A stretch of DNA of 24,995 nt from a virus. Taxonomy: Duplodnaviria > Caudoviricetes. Shown here in pieces: positions 8,239-16,340 of this stretch. The translations under genes were made by a program, and so were the position numbers. How positions within the stretch are numbered: position 1 is the stretch's first letter; each line of letters starts with the position of its first letter. The notes beneath the pieces are model-generated. The model did not search any database and was not told where the DNA came from. It was given only the letters and a program-made list of their open reading frames with translations. Location of the stretch: positions 1 to 24,995 of the IMG/VR virus record IMGVR_UViG_3300027819_000281, one strand, 5' to 3'.

Positions 8239-9435
8239 ATGGGAAGAAAAATAAAAGATATTGGGGATTCTGAAACAGCAATTAGAAAGTTAAAAGACGC
8301 TGTAGCAGATAATTTAATAAAGGATATAAATAGCGGTTTAGGTAATATTGCATATTCTTTGGGTGAACATGAATCACCCAATAATATAAAAGATTTTATA
8401 CCATCTAGCAGTACTTTGTTAGATACTAATATGACAAATGGACAAGTTTATCCAAAAAATGGATATCCCGTTGGTAGACTTGTTGTAATTTCTGGTGATT
8501 CGTCTTCTGGTAAATCATTATTAGCAGCTCATGCTCTTATAAATACACAAAGACTTGGAGGAATACCAGTTATTTTTGATGAAGAATCAACTATTGATTT
8601 AGCATTACTAAAAAGAATGGGATTAAAAATTGGTAAAGAAGCAACTGATGCTGGATTTGAAAAACCAGTATATTTACAAGCAGGCACTGTTGAAAAAGTT
8701 TTAGAAGCAATGGAAAAAATTATTACAACCATTAGAGAAACTGAGACAAAAAAACTTGTAACAATTGTTTGGGATTCTATAGCTTCTACACCAACTGGTG
8801 TAGAATTAGAGGGTGATTATGAGCTTGAAGGTTATGGTATGGAAAAAGCCAAATTACTTTCTAAAGCAACAAGAAAATTAACGCAATTAATTTCTAATAA
8901 CAACATATTGCTTTTGTGGACAAATCAAATTAGAGATAAAATAGGTGGTCTTGGTTGGGGTGATAAAACATCTGAACCTGGTGGAAAAGCAGTTCCATTT
9001 CATGCAACAATAAGAATCAGATTGGCAAAAATTGCTGATATTAAAAATGATGCTGGTGACGTTATAGGTGTAACTGTTAAAGCAACAACAAAGAAAAATA
9101 AAATTGCGCCATATAATAGAACTTGTGAATTCAATATTTATTTTAATAAAGGTATAGATGATGTTGAAAGTTGGCTTGATAATTTAGAGTCTAGAAAAAT
9201 TGTAACAAAACCAACAAAACAAAAATATAGTATTGAAATTGATGGTAAAACATATGAATTTAAAAAATCAGCATGGTATAAAACATTAATAGATAATAAT
9301 TTATATGATAAAATAAAAGACATGGTTGTTAAAGCAAATACTATAGATTATGAATCATTAATACCAAGTTTTGATGATATGGTTAATTCAGCCAAAGAAT
9401 CTGTAGACGAAGATACCGGAGAAATAGAGGATTAA
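8239..9435 (+). CDS. uvsX: UvsX/RecA-family recombinase
   Basis: GYPVGRLVVISGDSSSGKS (Walker A), IVWDSIA (Walker B), NQIRDKIG, EPGGKAVPFHATIRIRL, KNKIAPY. Confidence 0.93.
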   Translation: MGRKIKDIGDSETAIRKLKDAVADNLIKDINSGLGNIAYSLGEHESPNNIKDFIPSSSTLLDTNMTNGQVYPKNGYPVGRLVVISGDSSSGKSLLAAHALINTQRLGGIPVIFDEESTIDLALLKRMGLKIGKEATDAGFEKPVYLQAGTVEKVLEAMEKIITTIRETETKKLVTIVWDSIASTPTGVELEGDYELEGYGMEKAKLLSKATRKLTQLISNNNILLLWTNQIRDKIGGLGWGDKTSEPGGKAVPFHATIRIRLAKIADIKNDAGDVIGVTVKATTKKNKIAPYNRTCEFNIYFNKGIDDVESWLDNLESRKIVTKPTKQKYSIEIDGKTYEFKKSAWYKTLIDNNLYDKIKDMVVKANTIDYESLIPSFDDMVNSAKESVDEDTGEIED

Positions 9436-9567
9436 ATGAAACCTGTTATATTATTTGTAAAATATAAAAATAACATTATTTCAATATCAGCTTTGGGATA
9501 TAAAAAACTTATACAGAAATTTATAAAACATTTAAATAAAAATTATGCAAAGACAAGAAGTTTATAA
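9436..9567 (+). CDS. small basic hypothetical protein (43 aa)
   Basis: ATG immediately after the recombinase TAA with GAGG upstream; MKPVILFVKYKNN...AKTRSL. Confidence 0.4.
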   Translation: MKPVILFVKYKNNIISISALGYKKLIQKFIKHLNKNYAKTRSL

Positions 9568-9817
9568 AATAATTGATACAGAAAGAGAATACCAAGATAA
9601 ATTATAGGGTAAAACATTATCAGATGATAGAGTTGGCAACGGAGAAAGAAGTGTTGATGAATTTGCGATATACATAAGTGCGTATTCAGCTAATCTTGTA
9701 GAGATATGTTCTAAAACAGGAGATCCGACAAGAAAAAAAGAAATAATAAGAAAAATTGCCGGACTTTGTGTTGCGTGTATGGAACAGCATAATACACCAG
9801 AAAGAAAAAATACCTAA
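9545..9817 (+). pseudogene. 90-codon phage helical protein interrupted by an in-frame TAG at codon 21
   Basis: MQRQEVYKIIDTEREYQDKL*GKTLSDDRVGNGERSVDEFAIYISAYS...IIRKIAGLCVACMEQHNTPERKNT; TAG at 9605-9607, frame continues 69 codons to TAA 9815-9817. Confidence 0.75.
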
Positions 9818-9835
9818 TTTCTTATATTTATATAT

Positions 9836-9914
9836 TGCGGGATAGGGGAGTTTGGCCGTCCCCGTCTGGCTCATAACCAGAAGATCGCTGGTTCGAATCC
9901 AGCTCCCGCTACCA
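9836..9914 (+). tRNA. tRNA-Met(CAT), initiator (fMet) type, CCA encoded
   Basis: Acceptor GCGGGA/TCCCGC with T1:T72 mismatch, D stem GGGG/CCCC, anticodon arm TCTGG-CTCATAA-CCAGA, T arm GCTGG-TTCGAAT-CCAGC, 3' ACCA. Confidence 0.95.
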
Positions 9915-9960
9915 AAATATATAAGTTTTTAATATTTATATATTATAAAAATTACATACT

Positions 9961-10012
9961 TTCGGGATTAAATAAATTAATCATTTGATGGCAATATCCC
10001 GAGGCCATTAAA
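9961..10012 (+). ncRNA. candidate structured leader RNA (two crossing helices)
   Basis: TCGGGAT 9962-9968 pairs with ATCCCGA 9996-10002; TTTGATGGC 9984-9992 pairs with GCCATTAAA 10004-10012; about 10 nt before the AAGGAG RBS. Confidence 0.4.
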
Positions 10013-10035
10013 ACTATAAATAAAGGAGTAATAAT

Positions 10036-10797
10036 ATGTATAATAACAGATTTATACTAGCTATAAAACATAATAACAAGGTTCTTAGAGAAAACAAAAA
10101 CGTTGTACAACTTCCATTCAATTCAGAATATTCTCTTCTATTAAAAAATGAAAACTACAGAAGAGCAATAGTAAATATAAAAATAGACTCAAAAGATGTA
10201 TTGAATGGTAATGGTATAATTTTAAATGCAAATTCTGAACTTAATCTTGAAAGATTTTTAGAAAAAAATGATAGTGGTAGAAGATTTAAATTTGTAGATT
10301 TATCGCATGGTGGTATTTTTGATAAAAAAAATCCAGAAAATGGTTTAATTGAAGTTGATTTTTGGTTGGAAGAAAATCCTGTATTAACAACATGGTCAGT
10401 GACAAATATAGATCCTTTTTGGGAAAAATTAAAGAAAACAGATTATGATAAAGAATATAAATATCCTATTATAACTTGTCAATCAGCAAATTTAGATAAT
10501 TTTTCTACTAAAAAATTTACATCATATTCCATGAATATGATTAACACAAATGCTGCTGTTAGTAATGATATCGGTGGTACAGTTAAGGGCTCTAAATCAA
10601 ATCAAAGATTTGAAAATGTAAATTTTGGAAATAAAGATTTAGCATCTCACACACAAATAAGATTATGGTTAAGAGCAACAAAAGAACCACAATATGTTGA
10701 AGATACAAAAATAAAATTTTGTACTCAATGTGGAAAAAAATTACAGTTTAAAGATAATTTTTGTTCTTCTTGCGGTAAAGATGTAAAAAATAATTAG
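10036..10797 (+). CDS. conserved phage hypothetical protein with C-terminal zinc ribbon
   Basis: AAGGAG RBS; LPFNSEYSLLLKN, LERF, RFKFV, NGLIEVDF; terminal CTQCG...FCSSCG. Confidence 0.8.
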   Translation: MYNNRFILAIKHNNKVLRENKNVVQLPFNSEYSLLLKNENYRRAIVNIKIDSKDVLNGNGIILNANSELNLERFLEKNDSGRRFKFVDLSHGGIFDKKNPENGLIEVDFWLEENPVLTTWSVTNIDPFWEKLKKTDYDKEYKYPIITCQSANLDNFSTKKFTSYSMNMINTNAAVSNDIGGTVKGSKSNQRFENVNFGNKDLASHTQIRLWLRATKEPQYVEDTKIKFCTQCGKKLQFKDNFCSSCGKDVKNN

Positions 10798-10804
10798 TTT
10801 TTTG

Positions 10805-10833
10805 TTTACTTCATGTAACTGTAGTTTTATATT
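10805..10833 (+). promoter_or_regulatory. sigma70-like promoter upstream of exonuclease/helicase genes
   Basis: TTTACT (10805-10810), 17 nt, TATATT (10828-10833). Confidence 0.5.
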
Positions 10834-10859
10834 TATATAACATAAAATTACAGTTACAT
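10813..10859. repeat. 18-bp inverted repeat with 11-nt loop
   Basis: ATGTAACTGTAGTTTTAT (10813-10830) vs ATAAAATTACAGTTACAT (10842-10859): 17 of 18 Watson-Crick pairs plus one G-T. Confidence 0.9.
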
Positions 10860-10886
10860 CTTCTTCAATCCTCTCGATTAAAATAA

Positions 10887-11894
10887 ATGCGAAAAAGAAT
10901 TTTGTTAATTGATTCATTTAATTTAATTATCCGTGCATTTGCAGCAATTCCAACTTCTAATGATAATGGAAATCATGATGGTGCTATTAGAGGAATGTTG
11001 CAAACTATAAAAATTTTATTAGAACAATTTAGCCCATCTATTGTTATTTTTTGCTGGGAAGGTAAAAATTCTAGTAAAAAAAGAAAAAAAATATATTCAA
11101 ACTATAAAGCAAGCAGAGTTGTCAAAAAAAGTCTTCAAAAACAATTTCAATGGGAATATCCAGAACAAGAACAAGAATCTCTTAGAGCTCAAGTTTTCAG
11201 AGTTAAAGAATATTTTAATGTCATGCCATTTTATGAACTTGAAATTGAAAATTGTGAAGCTGATGATATTATAGCATATATTTGCAACTATCATTTTAAA
11301 GATAGTGATAAAATAATTATATCATCAGATAAAGATTATTTTCAATTGCTTTCGGATTCAGTATCTGTTTATAGACCAGTTAAAAAAGAATTAGTAACAA
11401 AACAATCATTAATAGATTCACATCAAATATCACCACAAAACTGGATTATGATGAAGTGTTTGGTTGGTGATAATTCTGATGATGTTCCTGGTATAAAGGG
11501 AATAGGTATGAAAACAGCTGTTAAGTTGTTTCCATTTATTAGTCAAGAAAAAGAGTGTGATTTAAATTATTTATTTGAATACTCTGAAAATAATTTAAAC
11601 AATGAAAAAAAATCATTGATAAAATATTATGAGAAAATAATAGAGACAAAAAATAAAGAAATCTTAGAAAGAAACTATAAATTAATGCAATTAATGTCTC
11701 ATCAAATATCTTCAAGTGGTATTGAATCTATTAAGAGTACTATTTTGAATAAAAAATTACAATTTAGCAATTTTAAATTAAGATTGTTGTTTATGCAAGA
11801 CAATTATTTTATAACTAATAAGGTTTTTTTAGAATGGCAACAATGTTTAAATCCACTAACATTTCAACAAAAGGATGCATTAATTGATTTCTAA
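10887..11894 (+). CDS. 5'-3' exonuclease / flap endonuclease (T4 RNase H, PolA N-terminal type)
   Basis: LLIDSFNL, YKASR, EADDIIA, ISSDKDYFQL, LVGDNSDDVPGIKGIGMKTA (H3TH). Confidence 0.93.
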   Translation: MRKRILLIDSFNLIIRAFAAIPTSNDNGNHDGAIRGMLQTIKILLEQFSPSIVIFCWEGKNSSKKRKKIYSNYKASRVVKKSLQKQFQWEYPEQEQESLRAQVFRVKEYFNVMPFYELEIENCEADDIIAYICNYHFKDSDKIIISSDKDYFQLLSDSVSVYRPVKKELVTKQSLIDSHQISPQNWIMMKCLVGDNSDDVPGIKGIGMKTAVKLFPFISQEKECDLNYLFEYSENNLNNEKKSLIKYYEKIIETKNKEILERNYKLMQLMSHQISSSGIESIKSTILNKKLQFSNFKLRLLFMQDNYFITNKVFLEWQQCLNPLTFQQKDALIDF

Positions 11895-13308
11895 AAAAAC
11901 AGATATAGATACATTTCAAAAATTTGGTGGTTCTGTATTTCAAACAAAGTTAATACAATCGTTGATATTGGATGTAAAATTTTTTGCTAGAATTTTTAGC
12001 ATTCTTAAAAAAGAATATTTTACAAATCAAGCTCATCAATTTTTATTTGAAAAAATTAACGAATATTATGAAAAATATAAATTAGTTCCTAGTTTTGAAA
12101 TATTAGAAATAATTGTAACTTCTGAACAAGATGAATTAATAAGAACTGTTGCTCATGAAATATTAAAAGTAATTAAAAAATCATCTGTTGCTGATACAAA
12201 AATGATTAAAGATGAAGCTTTATTATTTTGTAGGCAACAAAGAATGAAAGCTGCAATATACAATTCTGTTAAAAGATTTGAAGAAAATGATTGGGAAGGT
12301 ATATGGAAAGATGTTGGTGATGCTTTTAGGGCTGGTGAAGATAATGATTCTGGACATGATTATTTTGAAGAATTAGACCATAGATTAGAAAAATTAAAAA
12401 GGGAGATTGTACCAACTGGATTAAAAGATCTAGACACATTACTTGGTGGTGGGATGGGTAAGGGAGAGTTAATAATTGTTGTTGGCGGTCCTTCTATTGG
12501 TAAGAGTTTTTTTATGCAAGTTGTTTCTGCAAACGTTGTTTTGCAAAATAAAAATGTTATTTATTATACATTAGAATTATATGAGCATCAAGTTGGTGTT
12601 AGATTTGATTCTAGATTTTCAGGAATATCTATAGATGATGTTCCTACTAATAAAGAATTTGTTAAAAATAAATTAATAAATTTATCAAATAAAGGTAAGT
12701 TTAAAATAAAAGAATATCCAGCTAAAACTTCATCTGTTAATATTTTAAGAATGCATTTAAATAAATTAATGATGGAGAATTTTATACCAGATTTAATTGT
12801 TGTAGATTATGCAGATTTATTAAAAGGTAGAAAAGGTATAAATGAAAAAAGATTTGAACTTGAAAGTATATATGAAGATTTAAGAGCATTAGCTTATGAT
12901 TTTAATGTTCCTGTATTATCTGCTTCTCAAGCAAATAAAGCTGAATATAATAATGAAGTTGTAACAATAGCTTCTCTGGCAGAATCTTTTGCAAAAGCTG
13001 CTGTTGCTGATATTATTATTACAATTTCTAGAAGAATGGATGATAAATTATCAACGCCTCCAAAAGCAAGAATGTTTATTGCAAAAAATAGAGCAGGTAA
13101 AGATGGTGTTATTATACCATTGCAACCATTTGATATTGGTACTATGCAATTAGAAACTAAAACAGCTATAACAGATAATGAAACATTAAAAAAAGAAATA
13201 TCAAAATTAACATATGGTGATGAAGAACAATTAAAAAGATCATTAAGCAAAAAATACGATAAATTTAAAAAGAAAGATACAGACAATGAAGACACTAGCA
13301 AATCTTAA
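11884..13308 (+). CDS. replicative DnaB/gp41-like SF4 helicase
   Basis: TTG start; VPTGLKDLD, GGPSIGKS (Walker A), YTLE, IKEYP, IVVDYADL, SASQAN, AKNRAG. Confidence 0.92.
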   Translation: MISKKTDIDTFQKFGGSVFQTKLIQSLILDVKFFARIFSILKKEYFTNQAHQFLFEKINEYYEKYKLVPSFEILEIIVTSEQDELIRTVAHEILKVIKKSSVADTKMIKDEALLFCRQQRMKAAIYNSVKRFEENDWEGIWKDVGDAFRAGEDNDSGHDYFEELDHRLEKLKREIVPTGLKDLDTLLGGGMGKGELIIVVGGPSIGKSFFMQVVSANVVLQNKNVIYYTLELYEHQVGVRFDSRFSGISIDDVPTNKEFVKNKLINLSNKGKFKIKEYPAKTSSVNILRMHLNKLMMENFIPDLIVVDYADLLKGRKGINEKRFELESIYEDLRALAYDFNVPVLSASQANKAEYNNEVVTIASLAESFAKAAVADIIITISRRMDDKLSTPPKARMFIAKNRAGKDGVIIPLQPFDIGTMQLETKTAITDNETLKKEISKLTYGDEEQLKRSLSKKYDKFKKKDTDNEDTSKS

Positions 13309-13507
13309 ACAATTAAGCTTAGAAGTATTAAGTGAAAATTCTAATCTTAGTTTAGAAAATGAAAATGACAGAGTAATATTAGCTGAAAAAATAGAAGAAA
13401 GATATAAAAATGTTGTTTCTAAAATTGCAAAAGATTATTTGCAAAAAGAAATTGATAATCGATCTACATTATCAACTTTCAATTCTCTAATTAAAAAACC
13501 TAATTAA
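13286..13507 (+). CDS. hypothetical protein (73 aa)
   Basis: ORF overlapping helicase end; no motif. Confidence 0.6.
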   Translation: MKTLANLKQLSLEVLSENSNLSLENENDRVILAEKIEERYKNVVSKIAKDYLQKEIDNRSTLSTFNSLIKKPN

Positions 13508-13508
13508 T

Positions 13509-13688
13509 ATGGAATTTTTTTGTAAAGACTGTAGCGAATCATTTTATCTTTCATTTTATAAGTCATTGTATCTTTGGCCAGTAAAATGTATAAAATGTGA
13601 TTCTCAAAATGTTAATTATTCATATTGTGGATCTTTAACAATTAAAAATAAAATAAAAAAAGAAGAAATTTTAAATGGCAATATTTAA
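13509..13688 (+). CDS. small zinc-ribbon protein (59 aa, FmdB-like)
   Basis: Not in ORF track: MEFFCKDCSESF...VKCIKCDSQNV; ATG 2 nt after upstream stop. Confidence 0.7.
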   Translation: MEFFCKDCSESFYLSFYKSLYLWPVKCIKCDSQNVNYSYCGSLTIKNKIKKEEILNGNI

Positions 13689-13989
13689 TTTTCAGTGTAA
13701 AGATCAATTTGATATACACAAAGAAGAATTGTATATTTTTGAAGAAATTCTTTTTTCAAAAGATGATGAAAATTCTATAAAGTGTCCTATATGTAAATCA
13801 GATTCTATAAAGATATTTTCACCACCTAAATCTATAAAATTTAATGGTTCTGGTTGGACTGAAAAATCAAGAAATAGAAATTATGATTCCACTCAAGGAT
13901 TAAGAGATCAAATACAGGAAATTAAAAAACAAAAAGAAAATTTAACAACAGAACAATTATTTAACCCAAATGGCGATAAAAAAATATAA
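13675..13989 (+). CDS. FmdB-family zinc-ribbon protein
   Basis: MAIFNFQC...FEE...KCPICKS...KIFS...IKFNGSGW, typical FmdB layout. Confidence 0.8.
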   Translation: MAIFNFQCKDQFDIHKEELYIFEEILFSKDDENSIKCPICKSDSIKIFSPPKSIKFNGSGWTEKSRNRNYDSTQGLRDQIQEIKKQKENLTTEQLFNPNGDKKI

Positions 13990-14085
13990 TTTAATAGTTA
14001 AAAGTATTTTTTTGAAAGCTTTAAAATATGAAACAAGTTTAGAGTTTTTGATGAAAGACTATTTAAAAAATAAAACGGAGAAAAA

Positions 14086-15738
14086 ATGAGTAAAGAAATG
14101 TATTATAGTGCTGAAAATAGACTAAGGCTTATAAATGGTGTTTCAAAATTATCTAGAGCTGTTATAACAACACTTGGTCCAAAGGGCAGAAATGTTATAA
14201 TTGATAAAGCTTTTGGAAATCCTATTGTGACAAAAGATGGTGTTACAGTTGCAAAAGAAGTTGAATTAAAAGATCCCATTGAAAACCTTGGTGCTAAAAT
14301 ATTAAAAGAAGCTTCAATAAAAACGGCTGATATTGCTGGCGATGGAACAACAACATCAATTGTATTAGCACAAGAAATTGTTAATCAAGGATTTAAAAAT
14401 ATTGTTGCTGGTGCCAATCCAATGGATTTAAAAAGAGGCATTGATTATGCAACAAAAGAAGTAATAAAAGAATTAAAAGAAATTAGTAAACCAATACAAT
14501 CAAAAGAAGAAATTGCACAAGTTGGAACAATATCTGCTAATAATGATAAAGAAATAGGTAATCTTATTGCCGATGCTATGGAAAAAATAGGTAAAGATGG
14601 TGTTATAACAGTTGAAGAATCAAAAACAATAGATACTTATGTAGAAATTACAGAAGGATTAAAATTTGATAAAGGATATGTTTCACATCATTTTATTAAT
14701 AATGCAGAAAAAAATAATGTTGTTTTAGAAAATGCTCATTTCTTATTATATGACAAAAAAATATCATCATTGAAAGATATAGTTAAAGTTCTTGAACTTA
14801 TGGCTCAACAAAAAAAATCTATAGTTTTAATAGCTGACGACTTTGAAGGTGATACTATACCAGGTTTAGTTATTAACAAATTAAGGGGTGCTATTCAATC
14901 AGTTGCAATTAAAGCTCCAGGTTTGGGTGATAAGAAAAAAGATATTTTGGAGGATATAGCAATTTTAACTGGTGGTGTTGTTATATCAGAAGAAAAAGGC
15001 TATAAATTAGATTCTGTTCAATTACAACATCTTGGTGTTGCTGAAAAAGTTATTATAGATAACGAGTCAACAACAATAGTGAATGGTAAAGGGTCTATCG
15101 AAAATATTAAAAAAAGAGTTGCTGAATTAAGAGTTCAGATTGATAATTCAAAAAATGATTTTGATAAAGAAAAATTACAAGAACGTTTAGCTAAATTATC
15201 TTCTGGTGTTGCAATATTAAAAATTGGAGCAGTAAGTGAAGTAGAATTAAAAGAAAAGAAAGCTAGAGTAGAAGATGCTTTACATGCAACAAAAGCTGCT
15301 GTTGAAGAAGGTATTGTACCGGGTGGTGGTATTGCATTTGTTAGAATATATGAAAAATTAAAAAATTATCCACAAATATTTGAAAATGCAGATCAATTAA
15401 CTGGTTGGAATATTGTGTTAGAGTCAATATTAAAGCCATTAAAATCAATAGTTGAAAATGCAGGTATTAATGGTGAAGTTATTTTAAGTAAAGTTATGAA
15501 AGTTTCAGGAACAGCAATGAATTCATCAACAGCTGTTGATTATGGTTATAATGCACAAACAAATGAATTTGGAAATTTATATGATTTAGGTGTAGTAGAT
15601 CCAACTAAAGTAACAAGAGTTGCTTTAGAAAATGCTTCGAGTGTTGCTTCTATACTTTTAACAACAGAAGCATCAATAGTAGAAATTAAAGAAGAAGAAA
15701 ATAATCAACAATTGCCAGATATGTCTGGTTTATATTAA
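14086..15738 (+). CDS. groEL: chaperonin GroEL (Cpn60)
   Basis: TLGPKGRNV, TKDGVTVAKE, AGDGTTT, GANPMDLKRGID, EKLQERLAKL, AAVEEGIVPGGG, DPTKVTRVAL; GGAG RBS. Confidence 0.98.
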   Translation: MSKEMYYSAENRLRLINGVSKLSRAVITTLGPKGRNVIIDKAFGNPIVTKDGVTVAKEVELKDPIENLGAKILKEASIKTADIAGDGTTTSIVLAQEIVNQGFKNIVAGANPMDLKRGIDYATKEVIKELKEISKPIQSKEEIAQVGTISANNDKEIGNLIADAMEKIGKDGVITVEESKTIDTYVEITEGLKFDKGYVSHHFINNAEKNNVVLENAHFLLYDKKISSLKDIVKVLELMAQQKKSIVLIADDFEGDTIPGLVINKLRGAIQSVAIKAPGLGDKKKDILEDIAILTGGVVISEEKGYKLDSVQLQHLGVAEKVIIDNESTTIVNGKGSIENIKKRVAELRVQIDNSKNDFDKEKLQERLAKLSSGVAILKIGAVSEVELKEKKARVEDALHATKAAVEEGIVPGGGIAFVRIYEKLKNYPQIFENADQLTGWNIVLESILKPLKSIVENAGINGEVILSKVMKVSGTAMNSSTAVDYGYNAQTNEFGNLYDLGVVDPTKVTRVALENASSVASILLTTEASIVEIKEEENNQQLPDMSGLY

Positions 15739-15976
15739 TAAATAGAGGTAAACATGTCAGAATTTATATATATACAAAAAGAATTATCAATATCAACTGG
15801 TAATAAACTTAATTCATTAAAAAAAGATTTTAATTTAAATGATAATGAAATATTTGTTCCTATAATGGATACGCACGGACAGTTAATGGCATTAGTTATA
15901 AAAAATAGACATAATATTAAATTTGAAGATCATGGTTTTATATTAAATGAATAAATAGAGGTAAACATGTCAGAAT
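15737..15976 (+). repeat. 27-bp perfect direct repeat flanking the 66-aa ORF
   Basis: AATAAATAGAGGTAAACATGTCAGAAT at 15737-15763 and 15950-15976; includes RBS and the start of the ORF (MSE). Confidence 0.92.
15754..15954 (+). CDS. hypothetical protein (66 aa)
   Basis: GAGGT RBS; sits between the two repeat copies. Confidence 0.7.
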   Translation: MSEFIYIQKELSISTGNKLNSLKKDFNLNDNEIFVPIMDTHGQLMALVIKNRHNIKFEDHGFILNE

Positions 15977-16194
15977 CAACAGAAAAAAATTATTATTTAG
16001 CAACAGTTAAAATTTCTAATACAATAGAAAAAGATGAAGAAACAAAAACAAAAAAATCAAGAGAATTATATCTTGTTGAAGGTGTATCATTAACAGATGT
16101 TGATGCAAAAATTAATAAAGAATTTAAAGATGTTACATTTGAATTTGAAGTTTCAAGTGTTAGAGAAGTTAAGATTGTTAAGGTATTAAAATAA
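15967..16194 (+). CDS. DUF4494-like protein
   Basis: YYLATVK...KKSRELYLVEGVSLTDVDAKI...FEVSSV resembles the Bacteroidota/phage DUF4494 pattern (E.YLV.A.S.TEAE). Confidence 0.7.
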   Translation: MSESTEKNYYLATVKISNTIEKDEETKTKKSRELYLVEGVSLTDVDAKINKEFKDVTFEFEVSSVREVKIVKVLK

Positions 16195-16340
16195 TGAAAA
16201 AAGAAAATATTATATTGACACGAGAAGAATTTATTTGTTTAATAATGGAAAATTTTAATGAAAATGCTAAAATATTAGATTTTAAAATTATAGGAAAATA
16301 TAAACATTTAACAACAAAACTAACACCAAGAAAAAAATGA
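16194..16340 (+). CDS. small hypothetical protein (48 aa)
   Basis: Not in ORF track: TAATG overlap at start and ATGA overlap at end; MKKENIILTREEF...TPRKK. Confidence 0.6.
   Translation: MKKENIILTREEFICLIMENFNENAKILDFKIIGKYKHLTTKLTPRKK

Noticed and set aside
9915-10012. tRNA-associated theta/HDV-like ribozyme or known riboswitch
   Set aside because: The structured segment starts about 47 nt after the CCA and lacks the HDV nested double pseudoknot and recognisable riboswitch cores; kept only as an unclassified candidate.
13990-14085. CIRCE operator or groES upstream of groEL
   Set aside because: No TTAGCACTC-N9-GAGTGCTAA and no ORF of GroES size or sequence.
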